The notes: a model not told the origin generated them from the sequence alone. A stretch of 64,000 nt of DNA from an uncultured delta proteobacterium (GCA_963739295.1 CAVTZS010000010.1:42931-106930), one strand, 5' to 3'. Shown: positions 1-10,771, counted from the first letter of the stretch. Numbers and translations: made by a program.

Positions 1-2
1 AG

Positions 3-278
3 CTGCAAGATAACGGGGCCGATACGGTGGAAGCCAACGAGGCCCTGGGTTTCAAGGCGGACCTGCGGGATTACGGCATCGGCGCCCAGATCCTCAGGGA
101 TCTGGGGGTTAAGCAGATGCGCCTGATGACCAATAATCCCAAAAAGATTATCGGCCTGGAAGGCTATGGCATGAAGGTGGTGGAGCGGGTGGCCCTGGAG
201 ATCCCTCCCAACCGGGTGAATCGCAATTACCTCAAGACCAAGTGCCTGAAGATGGGGCATATGCTAAAGCTGGTGTAA
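3..278 (+). CDS. ribBA: GTP cyclohydrolase II / RibBA, C-terminal part (5' truncated by window edge)
   Basis: [25 protein letters not shown]...LMTNNPKK...YLKTK..KMGH motifs; directly upstream of ribH. Confidence 0.9.
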   Translation: MQDNGADTVEANEALGFKADLRDYGIGAQILRDLGVKQMRLMTNNPKKIIGLEGYGMKVVERVALEIPPNRVNRNYLKTKCLKMGHMLKLV

Positions 279-287
279 GGGGGGCTG

Positions 288-755
288 ATGCGTACCGTGG
301 AAGGCAAGCTCATTGGCGAAGGCCTGAAGTTCGCCCTGGTGGTGAGTCGTTTCAACTCCTTTGTTACCGACCGCTTACTGGATGGCGCCTTGGATTCGCT
401 TAAGCGCCGGGGAGTTAAGGAGGGGGATATCACGGTGGTGCGGGTACCCGGGTCCTGGGAGATTCCCCTGGTGGCCAAGCGCTTGTCCCTTTCCAAGGCC
501 CATGACGCGGTCATCTGTCTGGGCGCGGTGATTCGGGGAGCCACGCCTCACTTCGACTATGTGGCCGCCGAGGTCAGCAAAGGGATCGCCCAGGTGTCCC
601 TGGAGACCGGGGTGCCGGTTCTCTTCGGGATCTTGACCACCGATACCCTGGAGCAGGCCATCGAGCGGGCCGGCAGCAAGGCGGGCAATAAAGGCGCGGC
701 CGCGGCCGAAGCCGCCATCGAGATGGTCAATCTCCTGAAAGATTTGGGGGTCTGA
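288..755 (+). CDS. ribH: 6,7-dimethyl-8-ribityllumazine synthase
   Basis: [30 protein letters not shown] motifs. Confidence 0.97.
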   Translation: MRTVEGKLIGEGLKFALVVSRFNSFVTDRLLDGALDSLKRRGVKEGDITVVRVPGSWEIPLVAKRLSLSKAHDAVICLGAVIRGATPHFDYVAAEVSKGIAQVSLETGVPVLFGILTTDTLEQAIERAGSKAGNKGAAAAEAAIEMVNLLKDLGV

Positions 756-760
756 ACTTT

Positions 761-1180
761 TTGTCGCCTTATTCCCGCAGCCGCTGCCGGGAATGGGCCC
801 TGCAAGTTCTCTATCAGGCCGAGTTTGCCGGGCAGCGCCGCCAGGAAGATGTTAACCGCTTCTGGAGCCATTTTCATCAAGGGGATAAAACCCCCAACTA
901 TCTCAGGGAACTGGTGGATGGGGTGACCTCCCATCTGGAAGAGTTGGACGCCCTCATCGTTAAGTATTCGGAGCATTGGCGTCTGGAGCGCATGACCTCG
1001 GTGGACCGTAACCTCCTGCGTCTGGCTACTTATGAGCTTCTCTATCAACCCGACATCCCTCCCAAGGTCATCATTAATGAAGCGGTGGAGTTGGCCAAGC
1101 GCTACGGCACCGAATTCTCGGGGGCTTTTGTCAATGGACTTCTGGACCGTATCCGGGTGGCGGTGGGCCGGGAAGTCTAA
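761..1180 (+). CDS. nusB: Transcription antitermination factor NusB
   Basis: RSRCREWALQVLYQ, DRNLLRLA, INEAVELAKRYG, FVNGLLD; follows ribH. Confidence 0.95.
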   Translation: MSPYSRSRCREWALQVLYQAEFAGQRRQEDVNRFWSHFHQGDKTPNYLRELVDGVTSHLEELDALIVKYSEHWRLERMTSVDRNLLRLATYELLYQPDIPPKVIINEAVELAKRYGTEFSGAFVNGLLDRIRVAVGREV

Positions 1181-1369
1181 TGGGAGAAATTCTTTGGGGT
1201 GGAAAATGACTGGCACCGGAGGGCGAGCCTGCCCGTCGCCTGGGTGAGGCCTTGATTATCGGCGGGAAAGGCTTATATTAAAATTTGTATTTTCATCCCA
1301 AGACGCAAAGATTTCTGGCTCGATCAGCATTGCGGTTAATAAAGCCTTAGGGGTGAGGAGGAAGACTTT

Positions 1370-2008
1370 ATGCCCAGAAAAATTTTGGCAGTTGCCTTGG
1401 TGATCGTCTTTGGAGTGGCTTTGGCCGGCTGCGCCACTGAAAGCGGCTACTATGACCCGGGCCGGTCCGCCGGCGCGGGCGCTTTGGGAGGTGCGGCGGT
1501 GGGGGCGGCCCTGGGATCCATCATCGGGGTGGCCGCCGGCTCGCCCGCCACCGGCGCCTGGGTGGGGGCCGCGGCAGGAGGCGTGCTGGGCGGGGTAGGG
1601 GGCTATCTCTATGCTGAGCACCGCAATAGCGAGGCCCGCTCCGCCGCCGTGGCGGCTCAGGCTTATAACTATACCCCGGCCCAGGGCAACGTGGTGAGCA
1701 TTGACAGGGTGGACGTTTATCCGGCCCGGATCCGTCCTGGCCAGCAAGTGACCCTGGCAATGAATTACACCATTCTCACCCCCTCCAATGCCTCGGTGCC
1801 GGTGACCCTGACCCGGGATGTGAGTTGGGGTGGGAATCCCGTGGGGAGCCCTTACCAGACCCAGGCCACCAATTATAATGGCTCTTATGTGGACCAGGTG
1901 GCTTATACCATACCCCGGAACGTCGCCCCTGGGACCTACACCGTCACCAGCCGGGTGATCAGCCCCTATGGTTCGGCCGAGAGAAATACTTATTTTATTG
2001 TGGATTGA
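1370..2008 (+). CDS. Glycine-zipper lipoprotein
   Basis: Lipobox LAGC after a signal peptide; GA-rich glycine-zipper segment; GAGGAGG SD. Confidence 0.75.
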   Translation: MPRKILAVALVIVFGVALAGCATESGYYDPGRSAGAGALGGAAVGAALGSIIGVAAGSPATGAWVGAAAGGVLGGVGGYLYAEHRNSEARSAAVAAQAYNYTPAQGNVVSIDRVDVYPARIRPGQQVTLAMNYTILTPSNASVPVTLTRDVSWGGNPVGSPYQTQATNYNGSYVDQVAYTIPRNVAPGTYTVTSRVISPYGSAERNTYFIVD

Positions 2009-2101
2009 GTCTCCTTGCCGGGCTTACTCTGAAGGGATCTTAGGGTATTGAGGGACCTGGGGTCGGGTCTTCGTAATAGCTTTACTTAATAAATCGGCTT
2101 T

Positions 2102-2137
2102 CCCCTTACCCCAGCCCCCTCCCCAAGGGGGAGGGGG
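2102..2137. repeat. Short palindromic repeat (CCCC..ACCCCAGCCCCCTCCC-n-GGGGAGGGGG type)
   Basis: Similar copies at ~36997-37036 and ~54768-54806. Confidence 0.6.
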
Positions 2138-2366
2138 TGCCACTAAAATTTGGTTAAGGTAATTCCGAGACCCGGCCCTGGCAGGAGGTTGAAAAATCGG
2201 ATTTTTGTGCCCAGGAGGATATCCAAAGGTCTCAACCACTTACAATCTTGAGCCTGCGCTCCGCTCGGAAGGACCAGAAAATCTGCAAGATTGTAGACAT
2301 CTCGAGCCCGTGCCTGGCCAGGATTGTTTGACAACTCTCTTTTTTATGATATAAATATAAAATTAT

Positions 2367-2418
2367 CTCTCCTTGCTCTGGGCCAGGGGGCCCAGGGCCA
2401 AATGACCATAAGGAGGAA
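2367..2418 (+). promoter_or_regulatory. Probable S6:S18-binding rpsF leader
   Basis: CTCCTTGCTC-hairpin-GGGCCA...AAGGAGG stem that sequesters the rpsF SD, resembling the known rpsF leader. Confidence 0.55.
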
Positions 2419-2420
2419 GA

Positions 2421-2879
2421 ATGCGCCGCTATGAGTCGGTCTGGGTGGTTAATGGCGACCTCCCGGACGAGGAAGTAAAAGCCACAGTTGACAAGTTCAC
2501 CCGGATTATCTCCAGCCAAGGCGGGCTGTTGGTGGGGGTGGATGAATGGGGCCGGCGCAAGCTGGCCTACAGGGTCCAAGGCACCACCCGGGGCTATTAT
2601 GTATTGGCCGATTTTGCCGGGTTGCCAGCCGCCGTCAAGGAATTGGAGCGCAACTACCGCATTGACGACCGCATCATCCGCTATCACACTGTAAAGAAAT
2701 CAGACAAGGTGAACCTGGAAGCCCTGCAGGCGGAGATAGCCGCCAGGGCCAAGGCGGTAGCACCGGCACCGGAAGCTGAAGCCGCGCCGCCGGGAGAGGA
2801 AGCCGTCACCGCGGGGCCAGCCCCCGAGCCCGTGGCCGCCCCTCCCGGGGAAGTAGAATCACCCGCGGAGGAGGAATAA
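2421..2879 (+). CDS. rpsF: 30S ribosomal protein S6
   Basis: MRRYE, WGRRKLAY, GYY motifs; acidic Pro/Ala tail. Confidence 0.97.
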   Translation: MRRYESVWVVNGDLPDEEVKATVDKFTRIISSQGGLLVGVDEWGRRKLAYRVQGTTRGYYVLADFAGLPAAVKELERNYRIDDRIIRYHTVKKSDKVNLEALQAEIAARAKAVAPAPEAEAAPPGEEAVTAGPAPEPVAAPPGEVESPAEEE

Positions 2880-2882
2880 CCG

Positions 2883-3140
2883 ATGCCTGTCATGCCTCGC
2901 CGCAAACGGAAACAGTTCTACGTCCGGCGCAAAGTCTGCCGCTTTTGCGTGGATGCCGAACTGGCCATCGATTATAAAGACTTCAATACCCTGAAGCAAT
3001 TTGTGACGGAGCGGGGAAAGATCATCCCCCGGCGCATCTCGGGGAATTGCGCCCGCCATCAGCGGCGGGTCACCCGAGCCATCAAACAGGCTCGGATTTT
3101 GGCCCTGCTGCCCTACGTTCCTTCTTTGCCGGCTCCTTGA
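2883..3140 (+). CDS. rpsR: 30S ribosomal protein S18
   Basis: [27 protein letters not shown]. Confidence 0.97.
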   Translation: MPVMPRRKRKQFYVRRKVCRFCVDAELAIDYKDFNTLKQFVTERGKIIPRRISGNCARHQRRVTRAIKQARILALLPYVPSLPAP

Positions 3141-3157
3141 GGGTGGGGAGGAACCCC

Positions 3158-4102
3158 TTGATTAAGGGCCGGGGTTTCCGCATCTGGTTCCTCTGCCTGG
3201 GTGCCCTGCTGCTGCTTTATCTCGGGGGGCACCTAAATCCCTTGGGCTTCGTGCTGGCGGGAGTCCTGATCCCGCTACCGGTGCTCCTGGTGGGCTGGCG
3301 TTTGGGGGAGCGGGTTGCCCTCCTCCTGGCGGTGGCCGCGGCCCTGGTCATCTTCTCCCTGAAACCTGGATGGGCCATCATCACCCAGAACCTGGGTTTC
3401 GGGGAACTGTTGCTCATGGGGGTACTGCTGGGGGGCCTGTTGTACCGAGGCTGGTTCCCTCCTCGAGCCATCATCCTCACCGTGGTGGCCCTGAACCTGG
3501 TGGCCCTGCTCTTCTTATCAGGACAGGCCTTCTTCCTGGGAATGCCCCTTAAAGAACTTCTGGCCCAGAAGAGCGGGGAGATCATGCAGACGTTAAATCA
3601 GCTTCTGAGCCAGACGGGAAACGGCTCTGCGGGTCTGTTGCCTTCGGGGTTTTCCCAGGTGGATCTGGAAGCCCTGCTGCAGCGCCTTTTGCCCGGCCTG
3701 GTGGTCATCAATACCGGGTTGGTGGCCTGGATCAATGTCATCCTGGCCCGGCAACTAGCCGTGCTCCTGGGGTGGGGGGAGCCGGTTCCCCCGCTCTATT
3801 ATTGGGCTACCCCCGAGTGGCTCATTTTTGTGGTCCTGGGGGCCGGGTTTCTGCTGCTGGTACCGGTGAGCGGGTTGCGCCTCTTTTGCCTGAACTTGCT
3901 GCTGGTGCTGGCCCTGTTCTATTTTTGCCAGGGCGTGGCCGTGATCTCCGCCTGGTTTCACCGGTTCCAACTCCCCCGATTCTTGCGGCTGCTGGGTTAC
4001 CCCCTGTTGTTCTTAAATCCGTTGTTTGTCTTGATCGTTACCCTGGGGCTGATGGACCTTTGGCTCGATTTTCGGCGTCTGCATCAGCCCAAAGATGCCT
4101 GA
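3158..4102 (+). CDS. DUF2232/YybS family membrane protein
   Basis: Multi-TM protein ending QGVAV...GLMDLWLDFRR; conserved position between rpsR and rplI; TTG start after GGGGAGG. Confidence 0.85.
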   Translation: MIKGRGFRIWFLCLGALLLLYLGGHLNPLGFVLAGVLIPLPVLLVGWRLGERVALLLAVAAALVIFSLKPGWAIITQNLGFGELLLMGVLLGGLLYRGWFPPRAIILTVVALNLVALLFLSGQAFFLGMPLKELLAQKSGEIMQTLNQLLSQTGNGSAGLLPSGFSQVDLEALLQRLLPGLVVINTGLVAWINVILARQLAVLLGWGEPVPPLYYWATPEWLIFVVLGAGFLLLVPVSGLRLFCLNLLLVLALFYFCQGVAVISAWFHRFQLPRFLRLLGYPLLFLNPLFVLIVTLGLMDLWLDFRRLHQPKDA

Positions 4103-4116
4103 GGAGGAGATAAACC

Positions 4117-4566
4117 TTGAAGGTCATTTTGACAGAAGATTTAGCCGCCCTGGGGGCTGCTGGCTCAGTGGTGGAGGTGGCCAAGGGCTATGCCCGTAAC
4201 TTTCTCATTCCCCAGGGCAAGGCCCTGGAGGCTACTCCCGGGAACCTGGCCAAATTTGCCCAGGCCCAAACCAAGAGCACCCAGGCCCAGGCCCGGGAGG
4301 AGGCTACGGCCCAGGCCCAGGCTGCCCGCCTGGAAGGAGTGAACCTCATCATTACCCAACGGGTGGGGGAGGCCGAGCGCCTCTACGGTTCCGTCACTGC
4401 GGCCATGATCGCCGAGGCCCTGGCGGCCCAGGGCCTCGAAGTAGAGCGCAAACAGCTGGAACTCTCTGAGCCCATCAAGAAATTGGGCACCTACGAGGTC
4501 ACGGTGCGCCTGGGGCCGGGAGTTAAGGCCCAGATCCAGGTGGAAGTGGTCCCCGAGAAGGTTTGA
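4117..4566 (+). CDS. rplI: 50S ribosomal protein L9
   Basis: MKVIL, GYARNFLIP, LYGSVT, PIKKLG. Confidence 0.97.
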   Translation: MKVILTEDLAALGAAGSVVEVAKGYARNFLIPQGKALEATPGNLAKFAQAQTKSTQAQAREEATAQAQAARLEGVNLIITQRVGEAERLYGSVTAAMIAEALAAQGLEVERKQLELSEPIKKLGTYEVTVRLGPGVKAQIQVEVVPEKV

Positions 4567-4784
4567 CCGTCTTTCCGGGGAGGGGGCTAAGGGCTTCCAC
4601 AGGCGAGACTTCTAAAGCCAACAGCCCTTACCCTCACTTCTGGCCCCCCAATTCCACATTTATATGCTGAACAATTATTGAAACTCAAATTTGCCATTTC
4701 GATTTTGCTCGCCGGGTATGGTATAATACAGCAGTCCCCTTCCTTCTTTAAAATTAAATAATTTTAAATAGTTACGGAGATTTT

Positions 4785-6180
4785 ATGGCCAGGAATAGCA
4801 GGCGTCTCGCGGCGGCCTCTCCCCCGGCTCCCGCCCCCCCCGGCTATACTCCCCCCGCCAACCCCGAGGCGGAGCAGTCGGTGCTGGGAGCCATTCTGCT
4901 GCGCCCCCAGGTGCTGGACCAGATAAGCGATATCCTGGAGCCAGAGGACTTTTACCGGGAGGCCCACGCCCGTATCTACCAGGCCATGATGGACCTGTAC
5001 AAACGGGGGGAGCCGGTGGATCTGGTGTCGGTAAATGCCTTGCTGAAAGAGCGGGGGCAACTGGAGGAGGTGGGGGGACCGGTCTTCCTGGTCAGCTTGA
5101 GCGAACAGGTGGGGTTCGCCACCAACGCCGACTATTACGCCCGGCTGGTGCACGATAAGGCGGTGCTGCGCCGCCTGCTGAATTGCTCTCAGGAGATCGC
5201 CGGCGCCTGTCTGGCCCCGGTGGAAGACGTGGCGGAGTTCCTGGACGACGTGGAGCAACGGGTCTTCCAGATCGCCGAAGCGAAAATCCGCCCCGGCTTC
5301 AACCCCTTGGGGGAGCTGGTGGAAAAAGAAATCGCCACCCTGGAGGCTATCTGGCACCGGGAAGCGGGCCGGATCACCGGGGTGCCCAGCGGCTTTATCG
5401 ACCTGGATAACAAGACCGCCGGCTTCCAGAAGGGAGACCTGATCATCATCGCCGCTCGCCCCAGCATGGGGAAGACCGCCCTGGCCCTCAACATTGCCTA
5501 CCACGCGGCCTATCAGGCTCAGGTGCCAGTGGCCTTCTTTTCCCTGGAGATGTCCAAGGAGCAGTTGGTAAGGAGGCTGCTCAGCAGCGTGGGCGAGGTG
5601 GACGCCTCCAACTTAAGGCGGGCCTTTCTGAGCACCCAGGAATGGGCCAATCTCCAGACCGCGGCGGGCTATCTGCTGGATTGCCCCATTTCCATCGACG
5701 ACAGCCCCGCGGCCACCGTCCTGGAAATCCGGGCCAAAGCCCGGCGCCTCAAGGCGGAAGGCAAGCTGGGGTTGCTAATCCTTGACTACCTGCAGCTCAT
5801 GCGGGGGCGGCGACGCTCCCAGCCGGGAACAGGAGATTTCCGAGATTTCCCGGTCTCTGAAGGCCCTGGCCAAGGAAGTTAATGTGCCGGTTATCGCCCT
5901 ATCCCAGCTAAGCCGGGAGCCCGAAAAAACGAGCGAAGATAAACGCCCACAATTATCAGACTTGCGTGAATCAGGGGCCATCGAGCAGGATGCAGATGTA
6001 GTTTTATTCATATACCGGGACGAAATTTACCGGGAAGACTCTCCCGACAAGGGCATCGCTGAAGTAAGCATCGGAAAGCAAAGAAACGGCCCAAGCGGGC
6101 ATACCGTTAAGCTGGCCTTCCGGGATAAATTCACCCGCTTCGACCCCCTGGCCGCAGAAGAAGCCAGGATAGACTTTTGA
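4785..6180 (+). CDS. dnaB: Replicative DNA helicase (one frameshift near 5805-5812)
   Basis: AEQSVLG, Walker A ARPSMGKT and DYLQLM in one frame; [37 protein letters not shown] in a second frame. Confidence 0.93.
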
Positions 6181-6187
6181 ATAATGA

Positions 6188-6294
6188 GGGATTAAGGGGT
6201 TGGGGGAGAGGAGTTTGAGGGGAGGGGCAGGGGTCAGTGGCGCAGGCGTCTCGTCTGCGGAACCCCTGGCCCCCTTCCCTCAACTATATTCCCT
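6188..6294. repeat. Composite G/C-rich palindromic intergenic repeat
   Basis: GGGGTTGGGGGAG lead; GAGGGGAGGGGCAGGGG...CCCCTGGCCCCCTTCCCTC stem with GTGGCGCAGGCGTCTCGTCTGCG in the loop. Confidence 0.75.
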
Positions 6295-6301
6295 AACTCC
6301 C

Positions 6302-6703
6302 TCAGCCGGTTTTTACCTCGATCTTCCGGGGTTTGGCTTTTTCTGATTTAGGCAGCAGCAGCTTGAGCACCCCATCCTTCATGGTGGCTTCGATGCGGGA
6401 CTGATCGATAATCGCCCCCAGGTGAAATTCCCGTTGAAAATCGCCGGTATAGTATTCCTGCACCGCCAGGGTTTCGTTGGGGCCCATGGGGGGGACGATT
6501 TCGCCGTGGATGATGAGATGGTTTTCCCGCAGGTCCACCGTGACTTTTTCACCGGGCACCCCGGGCATATCGGCCACCACGGTGATGGCCTCGGGAGTTT
6601 CAAAGATATCCACGGCCGGCAGGAAGACGCGGCCCGGCCGGACCCGTTCGGCTTTGGCCGGGACCTCTTCTTTGGCTTTAGGTTTCAGCTCTTTTTCAGG
6701 CAT
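6302..6703 (-). CDS. Hsp20/alpha-crystallin small heat shock protein
   Basis: PAVDIFET, ADMPGV, FQREF, DGVLKLLLPK, PRKIEV. Confidence 0.93.
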   Translation of the reverse strand: MPEKELKPKAKEEVPAKAERVRPGRVFLPAVDIFETPEAITVVADMPGVPGEKVTVDLRENHLIIHGEIVPPMGPNETLAVQEYYTGDFQREFHLGAIIDQSRIEATMKDGVLKLLLPKSEKAKPRKIEVKTG

Positions 6704-6716
6704 GGGTATTCTCCTT

Positions 6717-6863
6717 CTAGGCGGACTTCACCTGAATTTTCCGGGGTTTGACCTCCTCCGGCTTGGCCAATTTGATGGTCAGGATGCCATCCTTACAAGA
6801 GGCCTCTACTTTTTCCGGGTTTACCGGCGTCGGCAGGGCCACCACCCGGCGGAGGCTGGTCAA
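6717..6863 (-). pseudogene. C-terminal fragment of a second Hsp20
   Basis: Own translation: LTSLRRVVALPTPVNPEKVEASCKDGILTIKLAKPEEVKPRKIQVKSA*; N-terminal half absent. Confidence 0.7.
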
Positions 6864-6937
6864 GGGGCTTAAGGGTTGAAAAATAAACACAAAATTTCTA
6901 TAAAAAGGTATATCGACACCTCTGGCTGGAAGGATAA

Positions 6938-7594
6938 ATGATGGTTTTTCCCTGGGATGAGGTTCACTGGGTGCTCCTGGATATGGATGGCACCCTTTTG
7001 GACAAACATTTCGACGATTATTTCTGGGAGACCCTGGTGCCTCAGGAGTATGCCCGCAGACAGGGCTTACCCCTGGCCCAGGCCCGGGAGGTGGTGTTCG
7101 CCCGCTACCAGCGGGAGGAGGGCACCCTCAACTGGACCGACATCGATTTCTGGTCCCGGGAGTTGGACCTGGATATCCCGGCCCTGAAGGAAAGCATCCG
7201 GCACCTCATCGAGGCGCATCCGGACGCGGAGGCCTTTTTACAGTTTTTAAGGCAAAAGGGGAAGCGGGTGGCCCTGGTGACCAATGCCCATTACAAGACC
7301 CTGGATTTAAAGATGAACGAGACGGGCCTCTGGGGCTATTTTGACGAGGTGATCGCGTCCTTCGACCTCGGCATGCCCAAGGAAGAGGAGCGCTTCTGGG
7401 CAATCCTCCAAGACCGCCTGGGCTTCGACCCTCAGCATACCCTGCTGGTGGACGATAATGCCGAGGTTTTGAGCGCAGCCCGCCGCTTCGGGATAAGATA
7501 CCTGCTCTTCAAGGCCAAATCCAGCTCTCAGGCTGCCCCCGAAAACCCCTCCGACTTCCCCTCGCTGGTGAGCTTTTATGAGTTGATGGAGTGA
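6938..7594 (+). CDS. HAD-family hydrolase (YrfG-like nucleotidase)
   Basis: DMDGTLLD motif I, VTNAH, PKEE, LVDDN. Confidence 0.88.
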   Translation: MMVFPWDEVHWVLLDMDGTLLDKHFDDYFWETLVPQEYARRQGLPLAQAREVVFARYQREEGTLNWTDIDFWSRELDLDIPALKESIRHLIEAHPDAEAFLQFLRQKGKRVALVTNAHYKTLDLKMNETGLWGYFDEVIASFDLGMPKEEERFWAILQDRLGFDPQHTLLVDDNAEVLSAARRFGIRYLLFKAKSSSQAAPENPSDFPSLVSFYELME

Positions 7595-7596
7595 TT

Positions 7597-7724
7597 TTGG
7601 GGGGAGGGCCAGGGACCTGAGGTCCCTGCCCTCCCCGGCCTAAAATTAAACTTAAGGGATTGGGCGTGGGGGTTTGGGGGAGGATTGTAATTGGGCCTGC
7701 GGCCCTTAGCCCCCTCCCCCAAAT
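7597..7724. repeat. Composite G/C-rich palindromic intergenic repeat
   Basis: GGGGAGGGCCAGGGACCTGAGGTCCCTGCCCTCCCC plus GGGGGAGG...GGGCCTGCGGCCCTTAGCCCCCTCCCCC. Confidence 0.85.
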
Positions 7725-7733
7725 CATCCTGCC

Positions 7734-8984
7734 TCACGCCGGCAATCTCTTAATATTGGCGCCCAGTTGGGAGAGTTTTTCCACCAGGTGGGCGTAGCCC
7801 CGGTCCAGGTGGTAGACGCGGTGGATTTCGGTGAGGCCTTCGGCGGCCAGGCCAGCGATGACCAGGGAAGCGCTGGCCCGGAGGTCCGTGGCCATGAGGG
7901 GCGCACCCTTAAGTTGGCGCCGGCCCCGGACAATGGCGTGGTTGCCGGAGACGGTGATATCCGCTCCCAGGCGCCGGAGTTCGCTGACGTGCATGAAGCG
8001 GTTTTCGAAAATGGTCTCGGTGATCACGCTGGCGCCCCGGGCCACGGCCATCAGGGCCATGAATTGGGCCTGCATGTCAGTGGGAAAGCCCGGGTAGGGC
8101 AGGGTGCGGACATCCACGCCCATGAGGGTGCCGCCGGGATGCACGGTGATACAGCCCGGTTCCGCGGTGAGGCGCACCCCGGCCTCGGTGAATTTGCCCA
8201 TGACCGCGGTAAGATGCGGCACCGGGGCGTTCACCAGGGTGACTTGGCCTCTGGTGATGGCCGCGGCGGCCAGGTAAGTGCCCGCCTCAATCCGGTCGGG
8301 CATGATGGTGTAGGAGGCGGGCGACAGTTCCCGAACGCCTTCAATGGTGAGCACCTCGGTGTCGATACCCTCAATTTTGGCCCCCATGGCCACGAGATAG
8401 CGGGCCAGGTCCCCCACCTCCGGCTCCATGGCCGCGTTCTTGATAACGGTGGTGCCCCGGGCTAAGGTGGCGGCCATCATCAGGTTCTCGGTGCCGGTGA
8501 CCGTGGCGGTTTCCAGGATGATTTCGGCCCCGTGCAGGCGCGGGGCGGTGGCCTCCACGTAGCCCTGGTGCAGGTTGATGTGCACCCCCATGGCCTCGAG
8601 GCCTTTGAGGTGCAGGTTGATGGGCCGGGCGCCGATGGCGCAGCCCCCGGGCAGGGAGACCCTGGCCTGGCGGGCCCGGGCCACCAGGGGACCCAGGACC
8701 AGGACCGCGGCCCGCATGGTCTTCACCAGCTCATAGGGGGCCTCGAAACTCCTTAAATCGGTGGTATCCGCCCTCAGGGGCTCGCCTTCGGTGAAGCGCA
8801 CCCCCATTTTCTTAAGAAGTCTTTTGGCGGTGCGGAGGTCCGCCAGGGGCGGCACATTAAAGAGGCGGTGCTCTCCCGGGGCCAGCAAGGTGGCGGCCAG
8901 AATGGGGAGCGCGGCGTTCTTGGCCCCGCTGATGGCCACTTCCCCCTCCAGGGGGATGCCACCTTCAATGACGATTTTGTCCAT
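7734..8984 (-). CDS. murA: UDP-N-acetylglucosamine 1-carboxyvinyltransferase
   Basis: [42 protein letters not shown]. Confidence 0.98.
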   Translation of the reverse strand: MDKIVIEGGIPLEGEVAISGAKNAALPILAATLLAPGEHRLFNVPPLADLRTAKRLLKKMGVRFTEGEPLRADTTDLRSFEAPYELVKTMRAAVLVLGPLVARARQARVSLPGGCAIGARPINLHLKGLEAMGVHINLHQGYVEATAPRLHGAEIILETATVTGTENLMMAATLARGTTVIKNAAMEPEVGDLARYLVAMGAKIEGIDTEVLTIEGVRELSPASYTIMPDRIEAGTYLAAAAITRGQVTLVNAPVPHLTAVMGKFTEAGVRLTAEPGCITVHPGGTLMGVDVRTLPYPGFPTDMQAQFMALMAVARGASVITETIFENRFMHVSELRRLGADITVSGNHAIVRGRRQLKGAPLMATDLRASASLVIAGLAAEGLTEIHRVYHLDRGYAHLVEKLSQLGANIKRLPA

Positions 8985-8995
8985 ATTTATCTTTC

Positions 8996-9895
8996 TTATA
9001 AAAGGTTATGCTTGTTTAAGCTTATCCGCTCTTCCGCCAGCCTGACATATTCCGGCGACTTTTCGTAACCCAGGAAATGGCGCCCGGCCTTAAGCGCGGC
9101 AATGGCCGTGCTCCCGCTGCCCATGAAGGGGTCCAGCACGACTTCGCCTTCATAAGTGTAAAGTTGGATGAGGCGATAAGGCAGGTCTACCGGGAAGGGG
9201 GCGGGGTGGTCCACCTTACGTGCCGATTCCGCCGGAAAGGTCCACACACTCCGAGTAAATTCCAGAAACTCCTCCCGGGAGATGGTGGCCTGCCTACCCA
9301 AGTTGTTGGGCCGGGCGAACCTCAGTTTGCAAAAGATGAGAATGTATTCATGCACGTCCCTGAGTGTCGGATTGGCGGGGGAGCGCCAACTGCCCCAGGC
9401 GGTGGAGCCCGCGGCGCTGGCGGCCTTGTTCCAGATGATCTCGCCCCGCATCAAAAAACCCTGAGCCAACAGACCCTCGGTAACATAGGAGCGCACTGGA
9501 ATATAAGGCTTGCGCCCCAGGTTGGCCACATTGATACAGGCCCGGCCGCCGGGGACCAGCACCCGGTACACCTCCCGCCATACCCGGCTCAAGAGTTCCA
9601 GGTATTCCTTCAGGGTGAAATCCTGGTCATAAACCTTGCCCACATTATAGGGCGGGGAAGTCACCATCAGATGCACGCTACTGTCCGGGAGCTCCGCCAT
9701 GTCCTCAGAGGACTTGCAGAAGATCTTATCCAGGTAGTGAGCCGGGATTTCCTGCTCAACGTAGGCGGTTTCTTGTTCCTGGGGAATCTGGGAATAGAGC
9801 TTGCTCCCGTAAAAGGCCGAGGCATCGTGGGAGATGCGGCCCGGAGTGCCAAAGGCGCTGGTGCGGGTCTTTTTTTTCGGGGGCCCGGTCTTCAT
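8996..9895 (-). CDS. Site-specific DNA methyltransferase (N4-C/N6-A, beta class), orphan
   Basis: Catalytic TSPPY precedes HPAPFP and SAM-binding VLDPFMGSG; no adjacent endonuclease. Confidence 0.9.
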   Translation of the reverse strand: MKTGPPKKKTRTSAFGTPGRISHDASAFYGSKLYSQIPQEQETAYVEQEIPAHYLDKIFCKSSEDMAELPDSSVHLMVTSPPYNVGKVYDQDFTLKEYLELLSRVWREVYRVLVPGGRACINVANLGRKPYIPVRSYVTEGLLAQGFLMRGEIIWNKAASAAGSTAWGSWRSPANPTLRDVHEYILIFCKLRFARPNNLGRQATISREEFLEFTRSVWTFPAESARKVDHPAPFPVDLPYRLIQLYTYEGEVVLDPFMGSGSTAIAALKAGRHFLGYEKSPEYVRLAEERISLNKHNLL

Positions 9896-10048
9896 TTAAT
9901 CCTGCCAGAAGGTTTTTGATTCAGCTCCAGGGGAAACGGGACAGCGCTATTTTACTCTAAGAGTAAAGAACATTCTAGGAAATTTAGCCGCAGGCTTTTA
10001 TATAAAAATAGCTATCAGCGGTCAGCTTTCAGAAAAGACCCAGGAACC

Positions 10049-10143
10049 GGTGGGGCGGGCCTCTGTGCCCGTCTCTCCAATAACTGTCGCATAAAGAGTG
10101 GCGGCCAGGGACGGCCGCCCCACCACGAGACGCCTGGGCCACC
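10049..10143. repeat. REP doublet (REPIN-like)
   Basis: GTGGGGCGGGCCTCTGTGCCCGTC ... GGCGGCCAGGGACGGCCGCCCCAC inverted pair. Confidence 0.6.
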
Positions 10144-10153
10144 TGTAAGCCCT

Positions 10154-10771
10154 TCAGGATTTTTGGCGGAATAACGCCTGAAACTTCTCTATTTCCGCCT
10201 TTACCTCGCTCTGGGTAAGGACCGCGGAGATGGCGCATAAGCCGTCGGCACCGGCCCGGATGACCTCTCGGGCATTTTCCAGGGTGATGCCGCCGATGGC
10301 AATCAGGGGGAGGGCCACCCGCTTTCTGATCTCCCTGATTAGCTTGACGCCTCCAGGTTCTCCTGAGTCCGTCTTGGTGGAGGTGGTGAAAATGGGTGAC
10401 ACCCCCAGATAATCCGCCCCCAACCTTGCCGCTTCCAGGGCTTCCCCAATATTATGAACCGTAATACCGATTATCTTATTTTTCCCCAATAATTTTCTGG
10501 CCAGGTCATGAGGCAGGTCATCCTGGCCCAGGTGCACCCCGTCCGCCTCCACGCTGAGCGCCAGGTCCACCCGGTCGTTGACCAGGAAAATCACCTGTCC
10601 CGGGCGGCAGATCGCCCTTAACTGGCGAGCCTCCTCCAACATTTCCCTGGTGCTGGCCTGCTTTTCTCGATACTGCACCACCTTCACCCCGGCGGCCACG
10701 GCATTTTTAACATCGCTGAGATTGCCGGCGCGGCTCAGCATAGCGTCGGTGATAAAATAGTAACCTCTCAC
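10154..10771 (-). CDS. thiE: Thiamine-phosphate synthase
   Basis: VQYREK, VNDRVDLA, DGVHLGQDD, PIFTTSTK, AIGGI. Confidence 0.96.
   Translation of the reverse strand: MRGYYFITDAMLSRAGNLSDVKNAVAAGVKVVQYREKQASTREMLEEARQLRAICRPGQVIFLVNDRVDLALSVEADGVHLGQDDLPHDLARKLLGKNKIIGITVHNIGEALEAARLGADYLGVSPIFTTSTKTDSGEPGGVKLIREIRKRVALPLIAIGGITLENAREVIRAGADGLCAISAVLTQSEVKAEIEKFQALFRQKS

Noticed and set aside
1205-1246. ZTP (pfl) riboswitch-like words TGACTGGC...CGTCGCCTGGG
   Set aside because: Too short, P1/P2 stems missing, and the downstream lipoprotein is unrelated to purine/folate metabolism
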